NCBI RefSeq assembly: GCF_031769215.1
Contig: NW_026782197.1
Span: 248,001 to 312,000, forward strand
Direction of reading: 5' to 3'
DNA from: Ylistrum balloti
Lineage: Eukaryota
DNA length: 64,000 nucleotides
Shown here: in pieces, positions 1 through 13,000 of the stretch
Position numbering within the stretch: the first letter of the stretch is position 1
Layout of the letters: each line of letters begins with the position of its first letter
Program-made: the position numbers and the translations under genes
The notes under the pieces: model-generated
Database searches by the model: none
What the model saw: only the letters and a program-made list of their open reading frames with translations
What the model was told of the DNA's origin: nothing

Positions 1-1705
1 ATATTTATTGACAAGTATTATTCAAATGCTGAAAAAAATACACATATTAAGAATTGATAAAAAAAAAAAAAAAAATTGAAAAAAATTTTGTGCAGGCAAT
101 CTGCATTATAGAATTACAATGTTTGATTACTTAACAAAATAGAATATGAAATGATATATCAATGAAGTAACAACGACAGCACAGAGAAGTAAAATGTCAA
201 ATTTACGAGGCAAGACAACATATAAAAAAAGCTTAATTCATCTAATAATCAAATGATTATGTGACAATGCTGTGCTTTACTCCAGGAAGTTTTATTTATG
301 AACTGAAGACACTTTTCTCAAATCCAAAATTTTGCTCCATTAGCATTTAAGTAGTTTTAAAATTAATTTTCTGGATTTCAATTATTTTCTTATTTTATTT
401 GGTAATAGAGCACTTATTGAAGCTAATTCTTAAGTAAATAAAATTAAATCAAGTTTTAGTGTTTATGGCAACAATCTGGTTTAGAAAATGCACTATCTTT
501 CCCCTTAATATATCTGTATACCAAGATACCAATACATATCTGATGTAAAATGTATATAATGAGTAAAGTTTCAGGAATATGACAAAAACAGAATTTTTGA
601 AAAATGTGGTTCAGAAACATGTCATTGACACATGTTTTAACACATGGGCAGTTTTCTGAAAATTCAAGCCTATATTTTGTATTGCTATTTATAGTACTGC
701 GAACAGGTGTGGATCTTTCTATAGGAAATTTAATATCAGCTGTAACCCCGCCTTTAATAGTGTGTAGGTAAGATTTATATATTTATAGTTAACACCTGTG
801 GCTAACACTTTAAGAAAACTCCCCTTCCGCACCATTTAATGTAACTTCTTTACTCTGTGTTTTCTTTTAATTCAGATGACAATAGCAGTATAGTCAGTGT
901 TGTTCAGAAATATATATTTCTGGTTTTGTGGGGGAAAAATATTAAAATTAAAAAACCCAAGAACTTTGAAGTGATCTTAAGTTGCTTATAAGGAGAGAAA
1001 GTATACTATGAGTTGGAAACAAAATTGTTTCAGGTAAGGTAGGTCATTAAATAAATTTATTACACAATAATCAATGTAAAGTTAAGATTATTTTGAAGAT
1101 GGTTGATATGTTATACACCCTATAGAACTATTAGCATTTGATAAATAATTTCCTAGCATCATTTAGATTTTTTTTATAGATAGTAAACTTAGATAACCTC
1201 AATATTGTTACAAAAACTTGTAGTGAGTAGCTGAGAAATGGTGCTGTGTTTCAAACTAAAACCCCGCGGATGTTTATGTTGTTATATAAACATACGAAAC
1301 AGGAACAGTGTATGTAGATATATCTGTTGGTGATATATTGTGTGTGCCTGGTGATGTACAGTGTATATACTGTGTTTCAGTATCATGATCAAAGAAGTTT
1401 CATTTTGGAAAATTGAAAGGAAAGGTACAGAGGCCATGCATGCTGATTACATTGGATGTCTTTACCTAAATAGCAGTCATTTTGATTGTCTTACGTCATC
1501 AATGTGGATCAGGTTGTAATTAACAAGATTCTGTTAGATTGTTTAACACTTTAGTTGACAGTATGCCCCCTGACAGTAATCAGCACTGTGCTGATGTGAC
1601 CCAGAAGACACAAAGATTTGTGAAGGAACCTTAAAACACTACTATTGTCTTTAAAATATTGAGCACAATTTTGTCTGGAAGATGTCAGAACTTCTGTTAG
1701 GTTTT

Positions 1706-2330
1706 AAAGACATATCACACTAGTTGCTATTTGTAAGTTGTACAAAGACATATCACTAGTTGCTGTTTGTAAGTTGTACAAAGACATATCACACTAGTTG
1801 CTATTTGTAAGTTGTACAAAGACATATCACTAGTTGCTATTTGTAAGTTGTACAAAGACATATCACTAGTTGCTATTTGTAAGTTGTACAAAGACATATC
1901 ACACTAGTTGCTATTTGTAAGTTGTACAAAGACATATCACACTAGTTGCTGTTTGTAAGTTGTACAAAGACATATCACACTAGTTGCTATTTGTAAGTTG
2001 TACAAAGACATATCACTATTTGTAAGTTGTACAAAGAAATATCACTAGTTGGTGTTTGTAAGTTGTACAAAGACATATCACTAGTTGGTGTTTGTAAGTT
2101 GTACAAAGACATATCACTAGTTGCTGTTTGTAAGTTGTACAAAGACATATCACTTTAGTTGCTATTTGTAAGTTGTACAAAGACATATCACTAGTTGCTG
2201 TTTGTAAGTTGTACAAAGAAATATCACTAGTTGGTGTTTGTAAGTTGTACAAAGACATATCATTAGTTACTGTTTGTAAGTTGTACAAAGACATATCACA
2301 CTAGCTGCTATTTGTAAGTTGTACAAAGAC
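1706..2330. repeat. Minisatellite, 36-38 bp unit AAAGACATATCACACTAGTTGCTATTTGTAAGTTGTAC, about 17 copies
   Basis: Tandem copies read directly. Confidence 0.95.
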
Positions 2331-2619
2331 AAATAAGTGGTTGGTACAGATCAATAGCTAATTTTCATATAAGGTTTTGAGGAAGGGAGATAACTCTATG
2401 TCGCTGTGGTAATATGGCTCACAGGATTGTAGCTATAGGACCGGATGAATTTTTCAGTCTTTTGTGTGTGCTACAAAGATGGATGCAGGTTCTGTATGTG
2501 CATACTAAAGTTATTTGGCAATTATTACTGAAATAAAATATAAAGTCAACTGATTGTGCTACTGTTTTGCCATAAGGACTTGTCAGTGATGCTAAAGGCG
2601 GAAAGCGTGGAACTCTTAC

Positions 2620-3114
2620 ATAGGAATTAAGTAACTGAAGCAGATCCAGATAAAAACATGTTGCTTTGCTTTGTCTGTCTGTCCATCCTTTTGTGTCAAC
2701 AGTTAAGTAAAAAGATCATGAAACTTCTCATTTTCTGTCGGTCCATCCTTCTGTGTCACCAGTTCAGTGATGACCATGAAATTTGGCTTTGTCTGTCTGT
2801 TAATCCTATTGTGTCAATAGTTAAGCAAGGACCATGGTTTTTACGTTTAACATTCAAAGAAGATGTGCAGTATACTGAATTCTCGACTGTGACCCCTTTG
2901 ACCTTTGTAAGAATTTAATGTCTGAAGCATAACTTTGCTTGCAATTTAAACAAGGACCATGGAACTTAATGTATATACATTAATCATACTAATATGATGT
3001 GCAGTGCACCAAATGCAGGGTCTGAAACCTCTTAATTATAGAGTTATTGCCCTTTGTTGAAATTTTGTTTTTTTGGGGGGGAGCATTCATCAGTTTTTTT
3101 TTTACTGATACTCC
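2620..3114 (+). mobile_element. Degenerate Helentron/HINE-like non-autonomous element (same family as 52175-52520)
   Basis: GTCY-type microsatellite stretch near the 5' end. Shares GTGCAGTGCACCA and AGTTA(T/C)TGCCCTTTGTT blocks with the 52 kb copy, and has a small 3' hairpin (CATCAG...CTGAT). Confidence 0.5.
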
Positions 3115-6060
3115 TATTTTCTCTATGATGTGGAGAGTTTCTTGCTGTTTTTAGTGGTTTGTGGGCAATCTCTTTCTATTTTCTCTATGATGTGGAGAGT
3201 TTCTTGCTGTTTTTAGTGGTTTGTGGGCAATCTCTTTCTTTTTTCTCTTTGATGTGGACAACTTCTTGCTTTTAGTGGTTTGTGGGCAATCTCTTTCTAT
3301 TTTCTCTATGATGTGGAGAGTTTCTTGCTGTCTTTAGTGGTTTGTGGGCAATCTCTTTCTTTTTTCTCTATGATGTGGAGAGTTTCTTGCTGTTTTTAGT
3401 GGTTTGTGGGCAATCTCTTTCTATTTTCTCTATGATGTGGAGAGTTTCTTGCTGTTTTTAGTGGTTTGTGGGCAACCTCTTTCTTTTTTCTCTATGATGT
3501 GGAGAGTTTCTTGCTGTTTTTAGTGGTTTGTGGGCAATCTCTTTCTATTTTCTCTATGATGTGGAGAGTTTCTTGCTGTTTTTAGTGGTTTGTGGGCAAT
3601 CTCTTTCTTTTTTCTCTTTGATGTGGACAACTTCTTGCTTTTTTTAGTGGTTTGTGGGCAATCTCTTTCTATTTTCTCTATGATGTGGAGAGTTTCTTGC
3701 TGTCTTTAGTGGTTTGTGGGCAATCTCTTTCTTTTTTCTCTATGATGTGGAGAGTTTCTTGCTGTTTTTAGTGGTTTGTGGGCAATCTCTTTCTATTTTC
3801 TCTATGATGTGGAGAGTTTCTTGCTGTTTTTAGTGGTTTGTGGGCAACCTCTTTCTTTTTTCTCTATGATGTGGAGAGTTTCTTGCTGTTTTTAGTGGTT
3901 TGTGGGCAATCTCTTTCTATTTTCTCTATGATGTGGAGAGTTTCTTGCTGTCTTTAGTGGTTTGTGGGCAATCTCTTTCTTTTTTCTCTATGATGTGGAG
4001 AGTTTCTTGCTGTTTTTAGTGGTTTGTGGGCAATCTCTTTCTATTTTCTCTATGATGTGGAGAGTTTCTTGCTGTTTTTAGTGGTTTGTGGGCAATCTCT
4101 TTCTTTTTTCTCTTTGATGTGGACAACTTCTTGCTTTTTTTAGTGGTTTGTGGGCAATCTCTTTCTATTTTCTCTATGATGTGGAGAGTTTCTTGCTGTC
4201 TTTAGTGGTTTGTGGGCAATCTCTTTCTTTTTTCTCTATGATGTGGAGAGTTTCTTGCTGTTTTTAGTGGTTTGTGGGCAATCTCTTTCTATTTTCTCTA
4301 TGATGTGGAGAGTTTCTTGCTGTTTTTAGTGGTTTGTGGGCAACCTCTTTCTTTTTTCTCTATGATGTGGAGAGTTTCTTGCTGTTTTTAGTGGTTTGTG
4401 GGCAATCTCTTTCTTTTTTCTCTATGATGTGGACAACTTCTTGCTTTTTTTAGTGGTTTGTGGGCAATCTCTTTCTTTTTTCTCTGATGTGGAGAGTTTC
4501 TTGCTGTCTTTAGTGGTTTGTGGGCAATCTCTTTCTTTTTTCTCTATGATGTGGAGAGTTTCTTGCTTTTTTTAGTGGTTTGTGGGCAATCTCTTTCTTT
4601 TTTCTCTATGATGTGGAGAGTTTCTTGCTGTCTTTAGTGGTTTGTGGGCAATCTCTTTCTTTTTTCTCTATGATGTGGAGAGTTTCTTGCTGTTTTTAGT
4701 GGTTTGTGGGCAATCTCTTTCTTTTTTCTCTATGATGTGGAGAGTTTCTTGCTGTTTTTAGTGGTTTGTGGGCAATCTCTTTCTATTTTCTCTATGATGT
4801 GGAGAGTTTCTTGCTGTTTTTAGTGGTTTGTGGGCAACCTCTTTCTTTTTTCTCTATGATGTGGAGAGTTTCTTGCTGTTTTTAGTGGTTTGTGGGCAAT
4901 CTCTTTCTATTTTCTCTATGATGTGGAGAGTTTCTTGCTGTCTTTAGTGGTTTGTGGGCAATCTCTTTCTTTTTTCTCTATGATGTGGAGAGTTTCTTGC
5001 TGTTTTTAGTGGTTTGTGGGCAATCTCTTTCTATTTTCTCTATGATGTGGAGAGTTTCTTGCTGTTTTTAGTGGTTTGTGGGCAATCTCTTTCTTTTTTC
5101 TCTTTGATGTGGACAACTTCTTGCTTTTTTTAGTGGTTTGTGGGCAATCTCTTTCTATTTTCTCTATGATGTGGAGAGTTTCTTGCTGTCTTTAGTGGTT
5201 TGTGGGCAATCTCTTTCTTTTTTCTCTATGATGTGGAGAGTTTCTTGCTTTTTTTAGTGGTTTGTGGGCAATCTCTTTCTTTTTTCTCTATGATGTGGAG
5301 AGTTTCTTGCTGTCTTTAGTGGTTTGTGGGCAATCTCTTTCTTTTTTCTCTATGATGTGGAGAGTTTCTTGCTGTTTTTAGTGGTTTGTGGGCAATCTCT
5401 TTCTTTTTTCTCTATGATGTGGACAACTTCTTGCTTTTTTTAGTGGTTTGTGGGCAATCTCTTTCTATTTTCTCTATGATGTGGAGAGTTTCTTGCTGTT
5501 TTTAGTGGTTTGTGGGCAACCTCTTTCTTTTTTCTCTATGATGTGGAGAGTTTCTTGCTGGTTTTAGTGGTTTGTGGGCAATCTCTTTCTATTTTCTCTA
5601 TGATGTGGAGAGTTTCTTGCTTTTTAGTGGTTTGTGGGCAATCTCTTTCTTTTTTCTCTATGATGTGGAGAGTTTCTTGCTGTTTTTAGTGGTTTGTGGG
5701 CAATCTCTTTCTTTTTTCTCTATGATGTGGAGAGTTTCTTGCTGTTTTTAGTGGTTTGTGGGCAATCTCTTTCTTTTTTCTCTATGATGTGGAGAGTTTC
5801 TTGCTGTTTTTAGTGGTTTGTGGGCAATCTCTTTCTTTTTTCTCTATGATGTGGAGAGTTTCTTGCTGTTTTTAGTGGTTTGTGGGCAATCTCTTTCTTT
5901 TTTCTCTATGATGTGGAGAGTTTCTTGCTGTTTTTAGTGGTTTGTGGGCAATCTCTTTCTTTTTTCTCTATGATGTGGACAACTTCTTGCTGTTTTTAGT
6001 GGTTTGTGGGCAATCTCTTTCTATTTTCTCTATGATGTGGACAACTTCTTGCTGTTTTGT
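3115..6060. repeat. Minisatellite, 62 bp unit, about 47 copies, with higher-order structure
   Basis: Unit TCTATGATGTGGAGAGTTTCTTGCTGTTTTTAGTGGTTTGTGGGCAATCTCTTTCTATTTTC, period 62. Confidence 0.97.
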
Positions 6061-9000
6061 TTAGCATCTGGATGATCTCTCACCAGTTTTTGGGCAATCT
6101 CTCAATTATAGGTTATTTCTCACTATGATGTCTGCTGGGTCAGGTGGCCCATGCAAGAACCCCTCGTCATTGTCACAGCCATAAACAGCATAGAACAAGA
6201 ACATAAATGAGGCTTGATTTCCCCAAATAGAAAATAAAATGTCGATATATGTTTAAAGCTGCAGCACTAACAAGGTTCAGGCCATGGAGTCTTGCAGGGG
6301 CTGTTAATTTTATAAAACGATCAGAATCTAATTAACTTGATCTATATGTTCCGACTGACCACGGGGGATCCTTACACATTCCGTGTTTCCACCACTTCGG
6401 CAATCATTGGCTTAAGTCATTCTTAAAGAGGTGTCAATCTCTGAAGTTCTGCGGTTTTGTGTCACCATGCACATTGTTTTAGTGACTTTTTCCTATCCCT
6501 GCATACACAATTACACATCTACTGATGTTCTTTTTTGCCGTTTATTTTAATTACAGTTATGTATAAGTTTATGCTGTGACTCAGTCTTTATTTTAAAAGA
6601 TCTATTTCGGCTCATTTCAGTTTTCCGAGGCTGCCACCTATATTTCACCATTTTAGGTCTTTAGGTTAACATCTTTGACAAGTCCCTAATGAAGCAAATT
6701 AATAATGTTTGCCTATGACTGATACACACAAAAATTGAATACACAATATAAACATGTAAATTGTAAATGTAATGGTTACATTATATTGAATTAAAAAATT
6801 AAATTAAAAAAAAAAAAATTGTAAATGGTTATCAGACAAATACTTATGAAATGTTTCATTTATCTTTTATCTGACTGGATTTCATTTACCCACAAACCCT
6901 TTGAAAATTATTTCATTTTGCAGAATAAAGTTCGAAAAAATAAAAAATTATTTCATCTGCTGACTTATACATTTAAAACATTTTCATTTTGAAATAATGA
7001 TGCGTTGTAATGAGATGCTAAATCAGTCGGTATGGGTGATTTACCGGTCACCTCCTGACAGCAGTTGTCTCCCCTGAGAGTAGAGACCTGAATGGAAGCC
7101 TAGCAAAAACTGTAATAAAAGTAGAATTTAAAACACTACATTTCACAGATAGAATAAAGGAAATTTTGATCAAATTTTAAGATTGGATCTCCTTTGGTAA
7201 AAAATGGGTGACACCCCAAGAGACATAGGGACAGCCAAGCCCAGAAATGAAAGGGGAGTTTTACCTAATTTGGTCTACACATCGCCATTAAAGTTGCTTT
7301 TCAGTGTTTTTTGTTTGAAAACACCCCACATTTTCTTCTATGTCCTAACTTATGCAAACCTCATAGACACTGATATAGTTGACATGTATCGACCCTGACA
7401 TCATAGTGACGTATTGGGTTTACGCACTTAGCGTTAAGTCATGTGACAAGAATTTGGAGCAACATTAACAACACTGAATTAACCAAATTACAACCTCTAA
7501 ATGACATTTACGTGATACTAATCTAACAGCATTGTCTTAACCATTCCAAAAGAACCGTCGGTCTGAATTAATAAGTTTTCATGATTTGATTTTTACAGGA
7601 AAATTAAGCAAGTGAGGGGGCAGGTTATGGCAATATTTGTATGAAAAGGTGATATTTTAATGATTTGTCATTGGAAATTATTCAGATGGACACTAGAAAT
7701 CAGATTGTTGGATTTATTCTATTAACTAATAATACAAAAAATAGTTTTTTCCATAAAGGCTACGAGGTTACACCAATGTTAATGTCACTCAATCCTAATG
7801 AGACTTTTTAGTGTTCCTCGTAGTTGCGTCTATGACAACGGCTGCAGTAATTTATCAAATCATAGAAATCTTTCAGAATTCATTTAAAAAAGGCATGGAA
7901 GCTAAGAATATACTCTAAATTCAAAGATACAAACATTGCTCTACTTGACTGCATCAACAGAGACGAGCAGCTGGACTCTCAGATAGAAAATGACAATACT
8001 TAATGTGTTGGTGATGATGAAAATTTAACACATACCACATATATGCATTTTTCCAAAAGAATTTTACAACATATGTTCCATACCATAATAACGAAAATAA
8101 GATTTGAGATAAAAGTTCTATGCTACTTTCGTCAAACCGTTCATCAACATTGTTGCGCCATAAATATTGTGACGTTAGCTATTTAGGGATTTGTAACAAT
8201 GCATACTTTGCATGAGTAAATTAATGCGTAAAGTTTTACGGACCAACATTCACATACATGCCTACCAACCATGCACTTTGGTGCTTGTGAAATGTTTACA
8301 AGATTATGGACCTTAGTCATACTTCAGCACAGCAATGAACACCCTGTATCTGTTGGTCACATCATAGTCAACGTCTGAATCAGATCAATTTACAAATTAG
8401 TGTATACATGTAACTATAAAAATGGCAAATATATCACAGATTCTGTGGAAATAAAATCATGGGCTTTAAGCCACTGTACTATTGATGGGACCTGTGAATA
8501 TTTGTTTAATTACTGTAAAACAGCTGCCCATTATATTGGTATTTCTCTATCATAATTGTTATTGATTTTTTCATTCGCTGTGTTTGTTTTTATAGTTATT
8601 ATAAAATAGCCTGTTCAATACAGTTAGTAATGTATCCAAAACTTGTGTTAGAGGCGATAGATATTTACAGAATTCTAGACTCGCTCAAAGCTCATGGTCT
8701 GTACAAGACACAACTTATTCACTTTTTGTTTTTTTAAACTGAGTGTTTCTACATTCGGTCGTTCAAAATTTTAGTTTGAATATTAATTGAATGTCATTTC
8801 TTTGCAGGCCCTAATATATTGGCTCTTCCAAATGAATGACCGTTTTTGTGTTAATAGGCCATTAAAGCTAACAATGAAAGTTAAAAAGAATTAATTTTGA
8901 AATAAAAAAAAAGGTTTCATTTCTCAGATGCTTCGCAGATGCCCCTTGTGATAAGGATATCTTCCATTCTGCATATCTGAGGAAGTGGGCGACATTTTGG

Positions 9001-9123
9001 TAGATATAGTTATGGTCGATATATATTTTATTTCAATTATGTAACATAATGTAATATAGCAGTTATATGTATTTCTGCAGTCTTGTGGGAAAATTTTATG
9101 TTTATGTCGAAGATTCTCAGTAG

Positions 9124-9705
9124 TCTGGCTGGGGGAGGGGGTTAGAAGGTCAGATGAGGTGAGGAGTAGGGGGTAATCTGGCTTGGGGAGGGGGTTAGAA
9201 GGTCAGATGAGGTGAGGGGTAAGGGGGTAATCTGGCTGGGGGAGGGGGTTAGAAGGTCAGATGAGGTGAGGGGTAGGGGGGTAATCTGGCTTGGGGAGGG
9301 GGTTAGAAGGTCAGATGAGGTGAGGAGTAGGGGGTAATCTGGCTTGGGGAGGGGGTTAGAAGGTCAGATGAGGTGAGGGGTAGGGGGGTAATCTGGCTGG
9401 GGGAGGGGGTTAGAGGGTCAGATGAGGTGAGGGGTAGGGGGGTAATCTGGCTGGGGGAAGGGGTTAGAGGGTCAGATGAGGTGAGGGGTAGGGGGGTAAT
9501 CTGGCTGGGGGAAGGGGTTAGAAGGTCAGATGAGGTGAGGGGTAGGGGGGTAATCTGGCTGGGGGAAGGGTTTAGAAGGTCAGATGAGGTGAGGGATAGG
9601 GGGGGTAATCTGGCTGGGGGAGGGAGTTAGAAGGTCAGATGAGGTGAGGGGTAGGGGGTAATCTGGCTGGGGGAGGGGGTTAGATGGTCAGTTGAGGTGA
9701 GGAGT
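9124..9705 (+). repeat. G-rich minisatellite, 53-55 bp unit, about 11 copies, G-quadruplex prone
   Basis: Unit ATCTGGCTGGGGGAGGGGGTTAGAAGGTCAGATGAGGTGAGGGGTAGGGGGTA with four G4-G6 runs. Confidence 0.95.
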
Positions 9706-9976
9706 ATGGGTTAAATCCCATTTCAATCCTGAGGGGTAGAGGGGTAAAGCTAGTATTAACAGTCAGAATCAAGGAAGTTACGTAAAATAAACCAGCCAAA
9801 GAATGTCTGCACCTTTACGTTGGCATCATGTAGTAGATTTCTCGGATTCACCGTTCTAGTAGTTTTTGTCAACAATTTCTAAAAATGAGTGAACATTTTA
9901 TTTAATAGAAGTTTAGTTGTCATTTTCTGTACTGAAATATTCTGTATAATCATTTTATTTTTTTTCAATCTTTCAG

Positions 9977-10059
9977 GAAATTCAAGATTTTGACGATAAG
10001 CTACGACTCCTGATTCAGCAAGACCTTAACGATGCCAATAATTTTGATGACCATATAAG
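9977..10059 (+). CDS. M28B-like gene, first recognisable exon ([27 protein letters not shown])
   Basis: Polypyrimidine tract plus ttcag acceptor and AG|gtaatt donor. Open frame, phase 2 fits the next exon, and it resembles the helix at the start of the PSMA ectodomain. Confidence 0.75.
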
Positions 10060-13000
10060 GTAATTGTCCACCATTTTCCGTCTTTTTAACATGTACAGTT
10101 TATGTTGTATTATACCATATATATCCCATAATAAGCCCATTGGGACGACGATAAATTATCTCTCATTCAAAACCTTTAAACCACAGGGATGGACTCAGTA
10201 CAGGACATTAAGATAAGTTTAATTGGTGATACTTCACTGCATGGAAATACAATGTAGATATGGGTGGGCTTATTAAGAAACATGGGTTTATTTATTGCTG
10301 GATTAGTACAGTATTAATTTTTTCCTGATAAACATTATGTTCATTTTATCACGTTTTCTCGTGCAACAGTATATGGAGTTCCTGTTTCTAGTCATCATGA
10401 ATTGATTTAAACACAATTTGACCGCCAGTGACCTTGCCAACTCAGGTGCAGCCTGTCTGACATCCTGTATGCCATCTTATCTAGTTTCCCGATTCATTTG
10501 ACACCTAGTGCAATGAAATAGACATTTAATTGCCCAGATCAATTAGTGGTCATTTGGCGAGTGTGACGATGGTAAGGGTCAGTCAGTTCTGGTCATTAAC
10601 TGGCGTAATTGATGTCAAAAACAGGAATAATCCAGACAAGCCAGGCCATATATGACATTTTTAGCACTTGTATATAAAGATATGATAACTTAGCCACTTT
10701 CAAGACAAATTTAGCTCAGAACATTGCAATATATTTAGAACCAATAAAGTGAAGACAAGAAAAAAGCTAAATTTGTATTATACTGATGTTAGAATCTAGG
10801 TTGTGTGCTATTTCTTCATTCATATATTTTGAATAAATGACAACTTAGAATCTGGACATCAGGCGGCTTGTAAAACTCATCACGGAAATGATTCACTAAA
10901 CGTATAGGAAATTCATTTGGCCAGAATTGTATAGCTTTTGAGAACAAAAGGATACTAATGTAATGCAGAAGTTGATTGGTTCCGGGAACAGAAGGCTTTG
11001 GCCCAGACTGTTATAGCTTTTAGGTGTACAGAAGGGTGTGGCCCAGAAGTTATAGCTTTTAGGTGTACAGAAGGGTGTGGCCCAGAAGGTTATAGCTTTT
11101 AGGTGTACAGAGGGGTGTGGCCCAGGAGGTTATAGTTGTTAGGTGTACAGAGGGGTGTGGCCCAGAAGGTTATAGTTGTTAGGTGTACAGAGGGGTGTGG
11201 CCCAGAAGGTTATAGCTTTTAGGTGTACAGAGGGGTGTGGCCCAGAAGGTTATAGTTGTTAGGTGTATAGAGGGGTGTGGCCTAGAAAGTTACAGCTTTT
11301 AGGTGTACAGAGGGGTGTGGCCTAGAAGTTATAGCTTTTAAGTGTATAGCTTGTTAGGTGTACAGAAGGGTGTGGCCCAGAAGGTTATAGTTGTTTTAGG
11401 TGTACAGAGGGGTGTGGCCCAGGAGGTTATAGCTTTTAGGTGTACAGAGGGGTGTGGCCCAGAAGGTTATAGTTGTTAGGTGTACAGAGGGGTGTGGCCT
11501 AGAAAGTTACAGCTTTTAGGTGTACAGAGGGGTGTGGCCTAGAAGGTTATAGCTTTTAAGTGTACAGAGGGGTGTGGCCCAGAAGGTTATAGCTTTTAAG
11601 TGTACAGAGGGGTGTGGCCCAGAAGGTTATAGTTGTTAGGTGTACAGAGGGGTGTGGCCTAGAAGGTTATAGCTTTTAAGTGTACAGAGGGGTGTGGCCC
11701 AGAAGGTTATAGTTGTTAGGTGTACAGAGGGGTGTGGCCTAGAAGGTTATAGCTTTTAGGTGTACAGAGGGGTGTGGCCCAGAAGGTTATAGTTGTTAGG
11801 TGTACAGAGGGGTGTGGCCCAGAAGGTTATAGTTGTTAGGTGTACAGAGGGGTGTGGCCTAGAAAGTTACAGCTTTTAGGTGTACAGAGGGGTGTGGCCC
11901 AGAAGGTAATAGCTTTTAGGTGTACAGAGGGGTGTGGCCCAGAAGTTATAGTTGTTAGGTGTACAGAAGGGTGTGGCCCAGAAGGTTATAGGTTTTGGGT
12001 GTACAGAGGGGTGTGACCCAGAAGGTTATAGCTTTGGGGTGTACAGAGGGGTGTGGCCCAGAAGGTTGTAGGTTTTGGGTGTACAGAGGGGTGTGGCCCA
12101 GAAGGTTATAGCTTTGGGGTGTACAGAGTGGTGTGGCCCAGAAGGTTATAGCTTTTAGGTGTACAGAGGGGTATGGCCAAGAAGGTTATAGCTTTTGAGT
12201 ATGGAAGGATGTGACACAGAAGTTTACACACTGTGTTTCTGTAGGAAGCTCGGCGTATGTAGCCATCACCTAGATCATCTCCTAGCTGCTTGCTAGTCTA
12301 TTTTTAGCCTGGACCCAAGTTTACACTACAAAAAAAACAACAATGCATATGTAGCTCCGCAGAAAGGAAAGGAAATGTGTTTTGAAATTAGTTCAGGAAG
12401 TAGTTGATGCTGTAAATATTTTATAAAGATATGTATATAAGATAGAAAGATTAAAATCAGCCTGCTAAAATGTGATACTTGATAAAATGTTGTGTTGTAT
12501 ATGACATCTTGGAATTATCTCATGCAGATACTGCTAAGCTTCTTTTCTGTTTGAAGAAAAAGTTATTTTTAGCACCGTTTGAGTCTCTTCGACCATACAT
12601 TCTTAGTTTCTTATATACTAGATATTTTGTGATAAGGTCTTAATTTCACAACATAAGCAAAAGGTGTTGACTATTCTTCAGAAGATATTATATTATTGTC
12701 GGCAAGTGATTTCCAACATAGTTCTAAAACCAGAAGGTTGTATTTTGGTTTCATTTTCACTAGTTTTACCACGACAGACTTCAGAGATTGAGTTTCTGAC
12801 ATTATTTATCAAATAGATGTTTGAATTACTTTTCACTTTTGAAAATTATATGATAACAATAAATAAATTAAATTGTTAATGAAAACTTTTTATACCAAAC
12901 AACAATGACTAGAGTAGTCAGTTGTTAGCTTAAACTCAGCTTTGATAAAGTCTGCTTTGATAAAGTCTGCTTTGATAAACTCAGCTTTGATAAACTCAGC

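Noticed and set aside
876-1430. Possible upstream exons (acceptors at about 876 and 1381, donor at about 1035)
   Set aside because: They give no TM segment or family similarity and have weak or incompatible donors. They could be UTR exons, but this is unsupported.
8928-9000. Candidate exon after tttctcag
   Set aside because: No donor in the phase needed to join exon 9977.
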